From: a virus
Lineage: Duplodnaviria; Caudoviricetes
Length of the DNA: 38,268 nt
IMG/VR virus record: IMGVR_UViG_3300031924_000084
Coordinates: 1-38,268 of that record
Reading direction: 5' to 3' (one strand)
Below, piece by piece: positions 36,050-38,268 of this stretch; positions within the stretch are counted from its first letter, which is position 1, and every line of letters begins with the position of its first letter. Position numbers and translations under genes: made by a program. The notes beneath the pieces were generated by a model. The model was not told the DNA's origin and did not search any database. It saw only the letters and a list, made by a program, of their open reading frames with translations.

Positions 36050-37393
36050 TCAAGCCAGGCTGTAAACATGCGCAGATGGACCTGGTTTTCCTTCATCGCG
36101 AGCTAATTGCTTAACTTGAATTTGAGGGGGTGAGGTGTTCAGAAGGTTGTCCAGGCAAGCGTTAATTTCTAGCTTGCTCAAATGTCCCTTGAAACATTCA
36201 CGCATGATGTCACTCCTGGTAGCTTGAGATTGCTCCGATAAATACTTGAGCAACAAATCGGTATTTTTATTTACGCGCTCTGTTTGTGCTGCTTCACTTG
36301 CCGTTGAGAAAACGTATTGGACTGAGTCCGAGCAGAAGGTGATCCACGCCAATGCCGCATCGAGGTGCGATATCTCAATCTTCGTACTAAGATCGCAAAT
36401 TGCGAAAACAATCGCAAGACGCAGCAACATGGGAGCTCTGCGTTCAAGAATTGCACTAATTCTTTCACTGCCCAAGTCTTGCGACAGAATAGAACGGTAA
36501 ATCTGGCCATAGTGCCATTTGCCTGAAGGGCTGAGTTCCATTTGGAGCCAGTTTTTTTCCGAATGTGCATCGGCCTTTGCAAAGTTCAACACTTCCTGCG
36601 TTCGATTTGCAAGATATTCAATTTCTTTGGCTGAAGTGGCTTGTGGGAAGGCCGTAATTTTTATTCGTTCAGCCCAAACGATTAAAAATCGATTGGCGAA
36701 TCCGTTGCTCAAGTCTTTGGATGACATGAGTGCAGTCAATTCGTTAGGTGTGATGGCTCCGCTCAGACATACATGTGGATTGCTTGCAAAAACACGATTG
36801 TTCTTAGTGGCTGGTTTAATGCACACGCCATCCCAGCAGTCTCGTAATGCGGTAGATAAAGTGTTGCCCTTACGCCTAGATTGTTGGAGCACATTGGCAA
36901 ACTCGGACTCAACAACCCATAGTCGTTTGTCTTCTGTTCCCTGAACTTCCTGACTGCCGTGCTCATACCCATCTTGAATCAGGGCAGCAAGACCCTCCCT
37001 TGAGGAAAGGCCACCCCTGTGAATCTGAGGGCAAAGCATTGGTGTTTGTGCCCGCATGAACTCATCAATTTTGATGACTAGGGCCAGTGAGTCGCCCTTT
37101 CTGCCACGACCCGATCGACCCACATGCAGGGTAAAAATCCTCGGATGATGATCCGTGTTGCCGATCTGTAAGAAGGTGCCCCTACCAATGGCGCATGAAA
37201 GGTAGGCTAGAAAATTTGTTGCAATTGCAAAAGGGTTGGACTCATTACCTTTGCTGCCAGCTCTGGCTACTTCGCCGACTAATCCGTAAAGGCAGGCCGG
37301 GTTAGGAACTGGTGCGTTGCGGTGTATGTCGATCTCGTCGCTGGTTATGAGTTGTTCTGAGATTGAGTTTATTGTCTTGTCCGGCTGCATCAT
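36050..37393 (-). CDS. DUF3987/YfjI-like P-loop protein (putative replicative helicase of an integrative element) with C-terminal wHTH
   Basis: VGRSGRGRKG Walker A-like, SSREGL, SEFANVL, GFANRFL motifs; coupled to the upstream gene by ATGATG. Confidence 0.75.
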   Translation of the reverse strand: MMQPDKTINSISEQLITSDEIDIHRNAPVPNPACLYGLVGEVARAGSKGNESNPFAIATNFLAYLSCAIGRGTFLQIGNTDHHPRIFTLHVGRSGRGRKGDSLALVIKIDEFMRAQTPMLCPQIHRGGLSSREGLAALIQDGYEHGSQEVQGTEDKRLWVVESEFANVLQQSRRKGNTLSTALRDCWDGVCIKPATKNNRVFASNPHVCLSGAITPNELTALMSSKDLSNGFANRFLIVWAERIKITAFPQATSAKEIEYLANRTQEVLNFAKADAHSEKNWLQMELSPSGKWHYGQIYRSILSQDLGSERISAILERRAPMLLRLAIVFAICDLSTKIEISHLDAALAWITFCSDSVQYVFSTASEAAQTERVNKNTDLLLKYLSEQSQATRSDIMRECFKGHLSKLEINACLDNLLNTSPPQIQVKQLARDEGKPGPSAHVYSLA

Positions 37394-38268
37394 TTGTCCA
37401 TGGAGACGGTCTCAACGATGGTCGCGAATTCAGAAAAGACATCAGGTTGGTTTTGCTGGATATATTTAGCCACTGCTTTGTTTTCAAGTAGACGCACCAG
37501 ATATCCTTTTGCTAGCACCAGGTTCAGGACATCCTGCCCATAGGACTCTTCGACCAATTTGTACTGTTCTTGCAGATTGGTCATTTCTCGCTCCATCTTG
37601 TGCATCTGTTCTGCGTTAATTCCGCGAACCTTCTTAGGCTTGACTTCTCCAACTAATAAATGAGACGGGGAGGCGGCGAGCAATGCCTCAGCGTATGGGA
37701 TCGTTATGTTGTTTGCAGAAATCATTAACTCCACACACTCGACTTGTCTTGTCGGCTTCATCCGGCGCAAGACATCGCTAAGCTTTGCTGAGAACATCTG
37801 ATCGCGGAGAAGCTCTGCTGCTTCCGCGCATATGCCATCAAGCAGTTTGACTTTTTTCATGATGTGAGCGATGTCCAAATGCAGGCTTTTGGCCAACTTC
37901 TCTGGTGACACTCCCCGGTTGATTGCCCGTTTGATCATCATGTGTTCTTGAACTGTCGATAGGCGATTTATCCTGTTGTTGTAGGTGTATGTCTCATCGT
38001 CCGTGGATATGAGGCAAAGACTCTCGTTCATTCCGAGTTCTTTCATGGCTAGAAGCCTGGTATGCCCGTCAAGAAGTACATGCGTTCCATCGCTTGCCGA
38101 GGGGCTGATGGTCAGCGGTTCAATCAGTCCGACCGAGCGTAGTGACTCGATGATCTGTTTGTACTTCCTAGAAGTAATCACGTTTTCAGGAAGTTTTCGG
38201 CTTGGAAGTAGCTTGTCGAAGTTGATAGTCATCGGGTCGGGAATGAACCCCAGTGCAATCTGGCTCAT
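37390..38268 (-). CDS. ParB/RepB-like partition protein (ParB N-terminal + RepB-type C-terminal region)
   Basis: SLRSVGLIEPLTI...LLDGHTRL ParB motif, central HTH-like region, C-terminal YGQDVLNLVLAKGYL; ATG at window edge. Confidence 0.8.
   Translation of the reverse strand: MSQIALGFIPDPMTINFDKLLPSRKLPENVITSRKYKQIIESLRSVGLIEPLTISPSASDGTHVLLDGHTRLLAMKELGMNESLCLISTDDETYTYNNRINRLSTVQEHMMIKRAINRGVSPEKLAKSLHLDIAHIMKKVKLLDGICAEAAELLRDQMFSAKLSDVLRRMKPTRQVECVELMISANNITIPYAEALLAASPSHLLVGEVKPKKVRGINAEQMHKMEREMTNLQEQYKLVEESYGQDVLNLVLAKGYLVRLLENKAVAKYIQQNQPDVFSEFATIVETVSMDK

Overview
Nearly the whole window (1 to ~35880) is the replication-to-lysis part of an apparently intact temperate siphophage/prophage. 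The order is: Sak4-like ATPase, SSB-like protein, Cas4-like nuclease, P4-type primase-helicase with a palindromic origin-like site behind it, RuvC-like resolvase, putative late regulator, ParB-MTase fusion, HU, a small leftward operon, HNH-terS-terL-portal-S49 protease-HK97 capsid, lambda-like tail (G/GT -1 frameshift, tape measure, M, L, K, I, J), accessory fibre genes, then holin, GH73 endolysin, Rz and an unlisted embedded Rz1. A proteobacterial host is inferred from the two-component spanin and lambdoid tail tip. No integrase or repressor lies in the window. The last 2.3 kb is a separate minus-strand module (ParB/RepB-like gene, DUF3987/YfjI-like gene, iteron-like repeats). The most striking feature is a translationally coupled cassette between tail and lysis genes. 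A tail fibre ending in an Asn/Asp-Cys-rich tip (...YNCNCDCNCC*) is followed by an unknown 285-aa protein, a 2OG-Fe(II)-oxygenase-like protein and a radical SAM enzyme with a complete SPASM motif. This looks like RiPP-style post-translational maturation machinery aimed at a virion receptor-binding protein. Family names come from motif recognition by eye; no database search was run.
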